From a virus (taxonomy: Duplodnaviria; Caudoviricetes): a stretch of DNA of 47,902 nucleotides. Shown piece by piece: positions 9,358 through 17,842 of the stretch. Numbering within the stretch: position 1 is the stretch's first letter; each line of letters begins with the position of its first letter. The DNA is taken from the IMG/VR virus record IMGVR_UViG_3300020045_002682, positions 1 through 47,902 of that record. One strand, given 5' to 3'. Both the position numbers and the translations under genes were made by a program. The notes beneath the pieces were generated by a model. It worked only from the letters and a program-made list of their open reading frames with translations, did not search any database and was not told the origin of the DNA.

Positions 9358-9451
9358 GTGTAATCATAAGCAAAACTCGCAAAACGCATCAATACGAATA
9401 TTGTCCGGCTGGCTGCGAAAAGCAGTGGTATGGCGGAAAGGGATGGCCAGC

Positions 9452-9874
9452 ATGAACCTAAACCTAAAAGGCGTCCGCATATACGGAGACACGGCATATC
9501 GCGGTGACTGCCCAAAAGAGGATTTTGAGCAAATCAGCTTCTTTTCAAAGCTGCGCCGGGAATACCCGGATAGTTATGGATTGATCGCGGTGCATCCCAG
9601 GAATGAGCAGAAGTTGAAAGGGGGGCAATTCGCGGCGCTTAACAAGCATAAGCTGGAAGGCCAGTGCAAGGGCTCTAGCGACATCCTAATCCCGGCAGGG
9701 CGTGGGTTCGTGTGCGAGATGAAGCGCGTTGACCATATGGCCTGTTCATGGCAGAGCGGCCAGAGGGAGTACCTGGAGGCCGCTGCGGCTCTAGGCGCGT
9801 TCTCATGCGTGGCCCTAGGCGCTGCTGCGGCTTGGGAGGCTTTTCAGGATTACATAAACGAAAAGGGGGCTTAG
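9452..9874 (+). CDS. VRR-NUC-like PD-(D/E)xK nuclease
   Basis: HPRNE, EG..KGSSDILI, FVCEMKR, QREYL. Confidence 0.8.
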   Translation: MNLNLKGVRIYGDTAYRGDCPKEDFEQISFFSKLRREYPDSYGLIAVHPRNEQKLKGGQFAALNKHKLEGQCKGSSDILIPAGRGFVCEMKRVDHMACSWQSGQREYLEAAAALGAFSCVALGAAAAWEAFQDYINEKGA

Positions 9875-9890
9875 AGCCCCCTTCTTTTTC
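9861..9890. terminator. Bidirectional intrinsic terminator
   Basis: AAAAGGGGGC-TTAGA-GCCCCCTTCTTTTT between convergent genes. Confidence 0.85.
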
Positions 9891-10593
9891 ACCTAACCTT
9901 ATAATGTTTTTCGAAAGCCTCCAGATCGCGCACCTCCTTAAACAAGGGTGGCGCAAACTTACGCCACATTGTTCGAACAAATGGGTCTTCCATGTGTTCA
10001 TTAAACATGGCCTTTAGGCCAAACCGAACGGCGGAGCGGTCATACCCACCTATATAGCCACCTGCCTGCGCCTTGCTTGCGCCGCGAGCTAGGAATAGGG
10101 CGCATAGAAAATGCCGAACCTGAACGTATTCAGGAAGTTTTGATTTTTCCATCAAGGCCTTTGCGGACACATCAAACTGAACGCACACAGCAACTATAAC
10201 TTCAATCGTGCTGGTCAATTTGCTGACATCAACGATAGACTGATTTGTGTGCGTCAAGGTGACGGGAGGGCGTTTAGCCTTATAATCGCGAGGCGCACGG
10301 GCTGGACGTAGATCAGGGTGGACTGGAAGCCTGTAAGGCGAATCACTAACAGGCTCATTGGTGTAGGCATTGACACCACCGCGATTACGCCAGTCGTTCA
10401 AATCTTCCCATTCCTTGCGCATCTTGGTGATTTCCTCAATGCTGGGGCAAGTTGACCATTCTTCCAGCGTGCGAGCGCGGACGGTGGACGGGTCTTTGAT
10501 GTACGATACAAGCCTGCGAACATACTGCATTGCGTTGCGGCTAGGATCGGATGTCATGCCGCTGCGGACTTGCCAGTTATCGGTTTCGTTCAC
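9889..10593 (-). CDS. Protein with DnaA C-terminal (domain IV)-like HTH
   Basis: IEVIVAVCVQFDVSAKALMEKSK..VQVRHFLCALF..S..QAGGYIGGYDRSAVRFG matches the Bac_DnaA_C pattern. Confidence 0.7.
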   Translation of the reverse strand: MNETDNWQVRSGMTSDPSRNAMQYVRRLVSYIKDPSTVRARTLEEWSTCPSIEEITKMRKEWEDLNDWRNRGGVNAYTNEPVSDSPYRLPVHPDLRPARAPRDYKAKRPPVTLTHTNQSIVDVSKLTSTIEVIVAVCVQFDVSAKALMEKSKLPEYVQVRHFLCALFLARGASKAQAGGYIGGYDRSAVRFGLKAMFNEHMEDPFVRTMWRKFAPPLFKEVRDLEAFEKHYKVR

Positions 10594-10685
10594 TTGCTTA
10601 CCTCATGGCGGTGTGCGATAAATTTGCCAAGCATGATTGCCATTGGCACCTGAAGCGCGAGATAAATTCCTATTGCGTACCACAT
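10590..10685 (-). CDS. 31-aa single-TM peptide MWYAIGIYLALQVPMAIMLGKFIAHRHEVSK
   Basis: GGAG RBS, GTGA overlap with the DnaA-like gene, upstream TTGCCA-16-TAGGAT. Confidence 0.55.
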   Translation of the reverse strand: MWYAIGIYLALQVPMAIMLGKFIAHRHEVSK

Positions 10686-10843
10686 TTTGCGTTCTCCGTT
10701 AATGTGCCGTCTATCCTAGCGGAGTGGATGGGTATGGCAAGTTATTTTTTGGGGTTGCATGGGTTATTTTTTTGGGGTACGGAATGGGGCGTAGATAAAG
10801 AAAATTGATGTGATCAATATGGATTTAGAAAGGACGCCGCCCC

Positions 10844-11569
10844 ATGACGCATGAACAAATCCGCGAGGTGGACGAACACGGCATCGCGCCATGCCCGTTC
10901 TGTGGACAGCCGCTTACCTATTCATCTGGACGATTTAACAAGGCAGGCCGCTGCGATACGGTCGGTTGCTGGCTGAACGAACGCAAAATGACGGTTCCGG
11001 TGGACGCGCTAGATCAGGTCGCGCAGTTTAACACCCGACCCCCAGCGGACATTTGCGGTGGGGAGGTGGTGGACCCTGAACTTATCGCCCGCGTCGAGTT
11101 CATCATGAACGCGCCGGGGAAGGAACGCTGGAAAGTCGCGAACCTCACGAACTACGATTGGCGCCGCATCCTAGCCGCTCTCTCGTCCCGCTCGGCAACC
11201 CCCGAGGTGGGCGGGGAGGAACTGGTGGAGCGGGTGGCTTTTTCGATGTGGAAAGCTGAGGCGATGCGCGCGGCACCGAACGTCGGGAAGCACCGTACCA
11301 TCCAGCAGTTTCGCGAGGAACTTCCGTGGACCAAAGAAAAGTGGCTAGGTCTTTCTCGCGCCGCCATCGCAGCAATGCCCACCCCCGACGCCACCAGGGC
11401 TGAGACGACGGCGCAGGTGGTGGCTTGGTTGAACAATCGTGCGCTGGAGCAAATCTCTGATGACAGCGGTGTGCCAAACGACGATCACGCCGCCGCACGA
11501 TACAACGCTTTACATTTCGCGGCACTGGATTTGGCGCGCGGCTTCCACCTGACGGGAGGCGGGGAATGA
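10844..11569 (+). CDS. Hypothetical protein with N-terminal Lar-like zinc ribbon
   Basis: APCPFCG...CDTVGC...QFNTRP. Confidence 0.6.
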   Translation: MTHEQIREVDEHGIAPCPFCGQPLTYSSGRFNKAGRCDTVGCWLNERKMTVPVDALDQVAQFNTRPPADICGGEVVDPELIARVEFIMNAPGKERWKVANLTNYDWRRILAALSSRSATPEVGGEELVERVAFSMWKAEAMRAAPNVGKHRTIQQFREELPWTKEKWLGLSRAAIAAMPTPDATRAETTAQVVAWLNNRALEQISDDSGVPNDDHAAARYNALHFAALDLARGFHLTGGGE

Positions 11570-11775
11570 GGAAGTCGTCCAGAAAGCAGATTATTAAAGC
11601 CAATGTTGAAGGTGCCTTGCTGGCCCTATTCACCGGAACGATCATTTTTCTAATTGTCATAGATGTTAACGGCTCGTGGAATGTCGGCCTTCCGGGGACG
11701 ACAGCCATAATACTCATGCTGACCGCCATGTGGGGCTACGTCGCAAGCCTTTCGTGCATTGGAAATGATGGATAG
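11566..11775 (+). CDS. Small 2-TM membrane protein
   Basis: Two hydrophobic segments; ATGA coupling. Confidence 0.65.
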   Translation: MRKSSRKQIIKANVEGALLALFTGTIIFLIVIDVNGSWNVGLPGTTAIILMLTAMWGYVASLSCIGNDG

Positions 11776-11848
11776 GCGTAACCCCGATGGGTCCTTGCGA
11801 GCATGGTAACCCGGATTTTGAGCAATGCGCCGAGTGCAGGAGCGAGTA

Positions 11849-11980
11849 ATGTTACGCCGCCTGTTTTGTAAAATCGGTTGGCATAGTTGGGTCTCAACTA
11901 CGTTCAACGACATCAGCGGAAACGGCGATACAGGCTACACCTGCCTATATTGTTACCGGCGTAAATCTAACAAAGGATAA
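11849..11980 (+). CDS. 43-aa zinc-ribbon protein (DUF1660-like)
   Basis: MLRRLFCKIGWHSW...YTCLYC; AGGAG RBS. Confidence 0.6.
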   Translation: MLRRLFCKIGWHSWVSTTFNDISGNGDTGYTCLYCYRRKSNKG

Positions 11981-11986
11981 AACAAC

Positions 11987-12463
11987 ATGAGCGTTAAATT
12001 CACAGGCGGCTTCGGTCCCATCATTCTGCCCGACAACACAGCGCCAGGCGACGTAACGACCACGTTTCCTGCGACGCACGCGGCGCTGACTCTGGATGAC
12101 GGTGCAGATGTCGGGCCCACGCATCCCGAACTGGTGGCGGCACTGGTGAAGCGTCCGTCGCTCATCAGGGAAACGCTCTCCTGCGAAAAGGTCGATCTTA
12201 TCCACGCCGTACTTGGCATCAGCGGCGAAGCCGGCGAATTGCTCGACGCGATAAAGAAGCACGCCATCTACAACAAGCCGATCGACCTGGAAAACGTGAT
12301 CGAGGAACTAGGCGACCTTGAGTTCTACATAGAACAGCTTCGCCAGCGACTCGTTATCACGCGCGAGGAAACGCTGGAACACAACATCGCGAAGTTGAGC
12401 GTTCGTTATGCCGGGTTGAATTATTCCGATGCAGCGGCGCAGGAACGCGCGGATAAGCGTTGA
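11987..12463 (+). CDS. mazG: MazG-like nucleoside triphosphate pyrophosphohydrolase
   Basis: LGISGEAGELLDAIKK...EELGDLEFY...NIAKLSVRY. Confidence 0.9.
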   Translation: MSVKFTGGFGPIILPDNTAPGDVTTTFPATHAALTLDDGADVGPTHPELVAALVKRPSLIRETLSCEKVDLIHAVLGISGEAGELLDAIKKHAIYNKPIDLENVIEELGDLEFYIEQLRQRLVITREETLEHNIAKLSVRYAGLNYSDAAAQERADKR

Positions 12464-12488
12464 CGTGCCTACATAGTCACCATAAAGT
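12460..12488 (+). promoter_or_regulatory. Sigma70-like promoter
   Basis: TTGACG-17-TAAAGT; TTGACGTGCCT is shared with the promoter at 47070. Confidence 0.6.
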
Positions 12489-12517
12489 TGAGAGCACCAC
12501 AGAGGGAAGTGATTCGT

Positions 12518-12664
12518 ATGGAACCCAAGATTCAGACCGCCGAAGAAATCGCGAAGTGCATTGCCGACGCGACGCCTGAAGCGCCGTGCAAGCGTCTCGG
12601 AGCAGAAGCAACGCGCGAAAAACGCGCCCGTAAGCCCCGTGTCAAGAAGGCGGTTGCCGCGTGA
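12518..12664 (+). CDS. 48-aa protein with basic tail (REKRARKPRVKKAVAA)
   Basis: GAGGGA RBS; first gene after the promoter. Confidence 0.55.
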   Translation: MEPKIQTAEEIAKCIADATPEAPCKRLGAEATREKRARKPRVKKAVAA

Positions 12665-12757
12665 TCCGTGCAAACAACGGCCTGTAACATGCCCAGCAGC
12701 ACGCCCGGACCAATACCCTTTACGGGACCGTTCCTGTCAGCCCTAAAAGAAGCAACC

Positions 12758-13018
12758 ATGGAGCGCCTGGATTACATCGAGAAATATCCTGTCGTCATGG
12801 GTTATTCGCCTGTGTGGAACGAATACAACATGGAAAATAGGAAGCGTGAATATCTACGGCTGCAGGCCGTTCTATCGCTTCTTTTGATGCTTGAGGAACC
12901 TGAAGTTCACGATGAGTTAGATTTGGAAATTTCAGCTATTGACATGGAGCATTATCTGGACGAAGATAGCCGTCTGGAATCTAGGGCGCTGGAAATCATG
13001 CTCAGGAAGGTACATTGA
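12758..13018 (+). CDS. Hypothetical protein (start uncertain)
   Basis: ORF track 12668..13018. Confidence 0.6.
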   Translation: MERLDYIEKYPVVMGYSPVWNEYNMENRKREYLRLQAVLSLLLMLEEPEVHDELDLEISAIDMEHYLDEDSRLESRALEIMLRKVH

Positions 13019-13116
13019 GATGCTACGGAAACTTTGGGATGTGTATGTTTGGCTCGTTCTTGAACATCGCAAGGCATGCGAGGGCTACACCGTGAATTAT
13101 ACGAAAGGCCCGGAAC

Positions 13117-13254
13117 GTGCCTGAATCCTGGCGCAACCACACCACCTACGCCCAGCGCGTGCATCATTACGGCCCTGTTAATCCGCGCCGAAGCACGCCG
13201 TGGATGACTATAATTGTTGTTGTGGTGGCACTTTTGCTGCCTTGGTTTGTGTAG
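13117..13254 (+). CDS. 45-aa protein with C-terminal TM anchor
   Basis: MPESWRNH..HHYGPVNP..WMTIIVVVVALLLPWFV. Confidence 0.45.
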   Translation: MPESWRNHTTYAQRVHHYGPVNPRRSTPWMTIIVVVVALLLPWFV

Positions 13255-13262
13255 GACGCGCA

Positions 13263-13418
13263 ATGCATAAAAAAATCACCAGCACCATCAACGCGCGCCG
13301 TGAAATGTCCGTCCATCAAATTATCGCGGCGCTACCTGATTGCCAACCATGCCTTGAGCGCATGATAGATCATGGCGCGCTTCGGGTTACTGGCGCTTTG
13401 AGGCTCAGGGTAAAATGA
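13263..13418 (+). CDS. Small hypothetical protein
   Basis: AGGA RBS; ATGA coupling to the sigma gene. Confidence 0.5.
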   Translation: MHKKITSTINARREMSVHQIIAALPDCQPCLERMIDHGALRVTGALRLRVK

Positions 13419-13900
13419 CATACGAGCAGATGTATAAACGCTATTACCGGGATGTGCTATGGTACATGCAGCGCAAGTGCAATCCTGTTATCCTAGACCC
13501 CCTTGAAGTGACGCAAGATGTTTTCCTGCGTGCATGGAAAGAGTGGGGCAACAGGATGCAGGACGACATCAAGCGTTGGCTTTTTACCCTCTCTAAAAGA
13601 GTTCTGTGGTATGTTAGTAAATACGCATACGCGCAGAAGAAACAAAGTAATGGCATTTGCGCTTGGGATGAACAATCCGACACCCGTAACGTAAGGGCTA
13701 CTCAGGAGGATTCAGTGCTCTTGAGGCAGCTTGACATAGCTATTGACAATCTGCCTGAAGCGCAGCGTTATGCTATGCGCGGCGCCATGCAGGGGCTTAA
13801 CAATAAAGAGATTGCCGATATGAAAGGCAATGTCTCCATCCAGGCTATATTCGGCTCCTTGCAATCAGCACGCAAAAAACTGCTCTTGATAACGGAATAA
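13415..13900 (+). CDS. ECF-type RNA polymerase sigma factor
   Basis: Region 2: YEQMYKRYY...EVTQDVFLRAW...KRWLFTLSKR; region 4: IDNLPEAQRYA..GLNNKEIADM...LQSARKKL. Confidence 0.82.
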   Translation: MTYEQMYKRYYRDVLWYMQRKCNPVILDPLEVTQDVFLRAWKEWGNRMQDDIKRWLFTLSKRVLWYVSKYAYAQKKQSNGICAWDEQSDTRNVRATQEDSVLLRQLDIAIDNLPEAQRYAMRGAMQGLNNKEIADMKGNVSIQAIFGSLQSARKKLLLITE

Positions 13901-13902
13901 AT

Positions 13903-14907
13903 ATGACAATTAGCAAAGTTGGATTAACGACACCTTCAGTGGGCTACAAGCCATTCCGGTATGGGCAGGCGTATGAATACTGGCAGACACAGCAACGAGT
14001 GCATTGGCTTGCGGAGGAGGTGCCTTTAGGACAAGACTGCCAGCAATGGATTGATGGCACACTTTCGCCTGAAGAAAAGAATTTGCTGACGCAGATTTTT
14101 AAGTATTTCACGCAGGCTGACATTGAAGTGCAGAATTGCTACCATGAGCAATATGGCAAAGTCTTTAAGCCTACAGAAGTAAAGATGATGCTTGCGGCAT
14201 TTTCGAATGCCGAGACTATCCATGTTGCAGCATATTCGCATCTTATCGACACTATCGGCATGGATGAGTCGCAGTACAGTGCGTTCATGGACCTTGAGGC
14301 CATGCGTGATAAGCATGACTACATGCAGCAATTTGGCGTTGAAAGCGACGCTGCGATTCTAACTACCCTCGCTTGCTTTGGGGCCTTTACCGAAGGTTTG
14401 CAGCTTTTTGCCAGTTTTGCAATGCTGCTAAACTTCCAGCGATTTAACAAGATGAAGGGCATGGGCCAGATCGTAACATGGTCCGTCCGGGATGAAAGCC
14501 TGCACTGTGAAGGTATTATCTGGCTGTTTCACCAGTTTGCCCGCGAAACAGGCGCACTCACAAATGAAGTCAAAGAGGCTATCATTCAGCACTGCCGCAA
14601 TGTCGTGGCGCTTGAAGATAAGTTTATCGACTTGGTTTTTGAGATGGGTGGTGTTAAAGGCATGGAGCCTGGAGACATAAAGCAATATATCCGGTTCATT
14701 GCGGATTGGCGTCTAGGCCAACTGGGTCTTGAGCCAATCTATCTTATTGAAGATCACCCATTGCCATGGCTTCAGCCCATCCTTAACGGAGTTGAGCATG
14801 CTAACTTTTTCGAGGCTCGCGCCACCGAGTATTCAAAGGCTGCTACAACCGGAACATGGCAAGACACTTGGGCAAACTTTGACAGCAGGAAGATTATTCA
14901 TGGATGA
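13903..14907 (+). CDS. nrdB: Ribonucleotide reductase class Ia beta subunit
   Basis: HWLAEEVPL, FTQADIEV, AETIHVAAYSHL (metal ligands and radical Tyr), FTEGLQLFASF, RDESLH, HANFFEARATEY. Confidence 0.95.
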   Translation: MTISKVGLTTPSVGYKPFRYGQAYEYWQTQQRVHWLAEEVPLGQDCQQWIDGTLSPEEKNLLTQIFKYFTQADIEVQNCYHEQYGKVFKPTEVKMMLAAFSNAETIHVAAYSHLIDTIGMDESQYSAFMDLEAMRDKHDYMQQFGVESDAAILTTLACFGAFTEGLQLFASFAMLLNFQRFNKMKGMGQIVTWSVRDESLHCEGIIWLFHQFARETGALTNEVKEAIIQHCRNVVALEDKFIDLVFEMGGVKGMEPGDIKQYIRFIADWRLGQLGLEPIYLIEDHPLPWLQPILNGVEHANFFEARATEYSKAATTGTWQDTWANFDSRKIIHG

Positions 14908-15067
14908 GGTTAAACAGATTGACAGGGACTATGCAGCGCGTATTGTTCTGGATTCCGGCTCATGGAAAGCCGGAAACGCCATTAAAGAAGGCAAAGACGA
15001 TGGACATTATATCGTGAGATACATGATGGAATTTCGCAATGCTTTGGAGTGTGAGTATGAACCGTGA
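14900..15067 (+). CDS. Hypothetical protein
   Basis: AGGA RBS; overlaps the nrdB stop. Confidence 0.55.
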   Translation: MDEVKQIDRDYAARIVLDSGSWKAGNAIKEGKDDGHYIVRYMMEFRNALECEYEP

Positions 15068-15124
15068 ATCTATTAAAAAGCTAACCTTTTGCCTTCCGTT
15101 TAACAGCAATAAGGATTCCGCGTC

Positions 15125-15238
15125 ATGAAGGGTTGCCTTCCAATGATCCTGTTTGGATTTATCGGTCTTTTGGTTATGGGGCCAATCGGTTTGTTGATTG
15201 GCGTTGTCATCGGTGGTTTTATCGGTTGCTCTAGCTGA
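15125..15238 (+). CDS. 37-aa glycine-zipper membrane peptide
   Basis: MKGCLPMILFGFIGLLVMGPIGLLIGVVIGGFIGCSS; AAGGA RBS. Confidence 0.55.
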   Translation: MKGCLPMILFGFIGLLVMGPIGLLIGVVIGGFIGCSS

Positions 15239-15500
15239 TAACGCTAAACTGAGCTATTACCTCAAGGTGTCTTTCATCGCTGGTTTGGATTCCGCAGCGC
15301 ACGCGGACCAAACCAGGGGAGCCGCCTGCAATCCAAATCTCTTGAACGGGCCCGTCAAAGTCCACCTCGATAATATCAACATCACCAAGCATAGTGACTG
15401 CGGTTGACGTTATGATGGTTGCGCCATCAAGGATGGCGGCCCAATCGACAGAGTTTGGAAATTGTTCGTCAGGATATTTGTCAGTCCACTTGCCAATCAT
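15231..15500 (-). CDS. Putative fibre-tail adaptor / virion protein
   Basis: KYPDE...VDWAAIL...IWIAGGSPG..VRCGIQTSDER pattern; ATGA coupling. Confidence 0.6.
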   Translation of the reverse strand: MIGKWTDKYPDEQFPNSVDWAAILDGATIITSTAVTMLGDVDIIEVDFDGPVQEIWIAGGSPGLVRVRCGIQTSDERHLEVIAQFSVIS

Positions 15501-16705
15501 TTATCAACTCCGATGCGGTTTTTTCTGGACGGAACAATTAAACTGTGGATTCTGGATGCAACCGAAAAGGCGGTTTTGCGGGATTGAACATAAATCGTGC
15601 TACGATATGGCGCGTCAAGATCGCCTTGGCTGGACACCGTGCCGTTAGCGAGAAGTTTTGCCGCGTACTCTGCAAATGCCGACAGCGCGCCAGACAGGGC
15701 GGATAGCGCCGCCGATGCAAAAGTTGATGCTGCCGAGACAGAACCTGCCATCGAGCCATTTAGGCTAGAGATTGCGCTAGAAGCGAGCCTTGATAGTGGC
15801 GACAGTTTGCTAGACAGAGCCCCAGACACCGAAGATATAGCCGAAGATGCAAGTCGTGATGTGGTGGATATTTTTGCGTTAAGCGCGCCGGTTGCCGTAG
15901 ACTGCCCGGATGATGCCAAGAGCACAATGGCAGCTTCACGTCCTGTGACGTTGCCAGCCACGCTACTTGACGCGACTATAGCCAGCCTTGAGGTGGTGGC
16001 GAGTTTTCCTGCCATTGTCCCGGTTATGGGGCTTGGACCTACGTCCGCAGCAGGTTCAAGGATGATGAACACACGCGCAGATGCACCAGACGGGGAAACT
16101 GTAACCGAGCCCGCTGTTTCAGTCGCGGCGGCTAAGTTGCGCTGCTGATAGTACGCAGTGAGACTCTGATCTATGCCGGTTGTACCACTGCCGGTTCTCA
16201 TGGCGGTGCCATAAGCATAATCAGCCGATGGGGTTATGCTGGTCTTGTCGCGGTTCAAGCCCGCTAGGCCCAACATTAAGTTGTCTTTTACACCCCAGCT
16301 TGCCGTAACAGTCGGCCAAGCGAACGAGGATGCGAACCCGTTGGATTGCGTGGCTGCGTTCGTATTGCCCGTTGCGCCGCCGATCCGGTAAACCATGCCA
16401 AGGGGGCGGCCAGCCACGCCCAGCGTTAGCGTAAGAGTCTTGCCGTCCTCGGTTCCGTCCGCAACGCGCTTGTAAACGGAAATGAACGCATCGGTTCGGT
16501 ATATTTGCCCTACGAGCGTCCACGTTCCTGCAGTGGCGTTATCCCATGCAACGCTGGTGACGTTGAAGCCACCGTGAATGGCTGCAATCAGGACATCGCC
16601 CGCGTTTATGATCGCGGGCAGATTGAGTGCATAACTGGTCGTAGCCGAACCGATATCTGGCGTGCTATCGGTCGGCGTGACGCTTAATATCGACGGGAAC
16701 GCCAC
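15497..16705 (-). CDS. Putative virion appendage/fibre protein (beta-rich head + ~22-aa Ser/Ala repeats)
   Basis: Repeats such as ISSVSGALSSKLSPLSRLASSA / ISSLNGSMAGSVSAASTFASAA. Confidence 0.6.
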   Translation of the reverse strand: MAFPSILSVTPTDSTPDIGSATTSYALNLPAIINAGDVLIAAIHGGFNVTSVAWDNATAGTWTLVGQIYRTDAFISVYKRVADGTEDGKTLTLTLGVAGRPLGMVYRIGGATGNTNAATQSNGFASSFAWPTVTASWGVKDNLMLGLAGLNRDKTSITPSADYAYGTAMRTGSGTTGIDQSLTAYYQQRNLAAATETAGSVTVSPSGASARVFIILEPAADVGPSPITGTMAGKLATTSRLAIVASSSVAGNVTGREAAIVLLASSGQSTATGALNAKISTTSRLASSAISSVSGALSSKLSPLSRLASSAISSLNGSMAGSVSAASTFASAALSALSGALSAFAEYAAKLLANGTVSSQGDLDAPYRSTIYVQSRKTAFSVASRIHSLIVPSRKNRIGVDK

Positions 16706-16717
16706 GCAAGCCTATCC

Positions 16718-17107
16718 TTACGTGTGCGTAATCGTGGCGGTGGAAAGCGTGACAGACTGCGTTTGCGCGATGTTAGTATTATTCAGAAGGATAACGCTTT
16801 CATCCGAGCCAACCGAGGAACCATTCACGCGCACGTCAATCCCAGTATGCGTAACCGTGCCATCGGATTTCTTAATCCGGGCGGTTGTCGCGTTAATCCC
16901 GGTTGACGCCGCAGCAGTGCCGGTAGCCGCGCCAGTAAACGCCAAGGTCCATACAAGCCCAGACACGGTGCCTGCGGTTGCGGAAAGCGTGAACACGGCA
17001 AGCACTGCGCTGGACGCACTAAGGAGTTCCAGCGAGCCATTGACAACAAGCAACCGCTCAGCGTTAAGGTGTGCAGTTTTCAGTTCATCAGATACGATCA
17101 TAACCAT
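16718..17107 (-). CDS. Putative virion appendage protein
   Basis: Thr/Ala-rich; ATTARIKKSDGT...LNNTNIAQTQSVTLSTATITH. Confidence 0.55.
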   Translation of the reverse strand: MVMIVSDELKTAHLNAERLLVVNGSLELLSASSAVLAVFTLSATAGTVSGLVWTLAFTGAATGTAAASTGINATTARIKKSDGTVTHTGIDVRVNGSSVGSDESVILLNNTNIAQTQSVTLSTATITHT

Positions 17108-17120
17108 TAGATATTACCCC

Positions 17121-17609
17121 TCACTTAGCCAAACCTTTGTCGGCCAAACTTTGACCCCATTCGTATGCGGACTGCGCATAAACCCACGCGCCATCGCAAG
17201 CCTTTAAGTCGGATTCGTCAACCGCCACGATGGTTTCGGGGGCGGTGACTTCAGGAAGTCCGGACGCTCGATTACTGGCGGCAATGGCTTTAGCGGCGGG
17301 ACATTGTTGCACGCGGTTAGCACGAATGTAAGCATCAAGGCTGTCGCTAGTTTCAGTGAGTTCTTCATAGGTTTGCTGCGCCTCCTTTGACGCGGTTTTA
17401 GCATCTGCGGTAGCCTTAGCGGTTGCGGCTGCAGCAGCCTTTGACTTAGCCTGCCACTCCGCAATGTCGGCGGTGTATCGTTCCTGGATATTCGCGCGAC
17501 TAACCCAAAGCCATAGGCTGATAGCCGCCAAGATGGCGCAAGCCGAAGCTGCTGGGTAGCGCGCAATGAAGCCCCATGCGTTGCGTAGGGCCAAGATGAT
17601 CCATGTCAT
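17121..17609 (-). CDS. Inner-membrane spanin (Rz-like)
   Basis: N-terminal TM then Ala-rich coiled coil; contains an embedded lipoprotein ORF. Confidence 0.75.
   Translation of the reverse strand: MTWIILALRNAWGFIARYPAASACAILAAISLWLWVSRANIQERYTADIAEWQAKSKAAAAATAKATADAKTASKEAQQTYEELTETSDSLDAYIRANRVQQCPAAKAIAASNRASGLPEVTAPETIVAVDESDLKACDGAWVYAQSAYEWGQSLADKGLAK
17204..17368 (-). CDS. Outer-membrane spanin lipoprotein (Rz1-like), embedded
   Basis: MKNSLKLATALMLTFVLTAC lipobox; Pro-rich mature part; alternative frame inside Rz. Confidence 0.8.
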   Translation of the reverse strand: MKNSLKLATALMLTFVLTACNNVPPLKPLPPVIERPDFLKSPPPKPSWRLTNPT

Positions 17610-17842
17610 TCTTCCGCATCCTTGACATTTACAGGGTCTTCAGGGGTGCCTTTTGGCAAAGATGGCAAGCGTTCATTACCACGACTAGGAACTAGTCCGG
17701 GCGCAAGCATACCCAAAACGCCTATAAGGCCGGTCATAATAGCAAGGTCAGCCCCGCTCCCGCCGATCTTTGACAGCAGGACAACCGCAATCAAGGTGGC
17801 GATAAAAGCCACCAATCCGGTGATGCGGGCTTGGGATATCAC
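17606..17842 (-). CDS. Putative holin (2 TM)
   Basis: Two TM helices and charged tail; between endolysin and spanins. Confidence 0.6.
   Translation of the reverse strand: MISQARITGLVAFIATLIAVVLLSKIGGSGADLAIMTGLIGVLGMLAPGLVPSRGNERLPSLPKGTPEDPVNVKDAEE

Noticed and set aside
10685-10702. Third copy of the CCGTTAA motif
   Set aside because: Explained as the minus-strand GGAG RBS of the 10590..10685 micro-ORF
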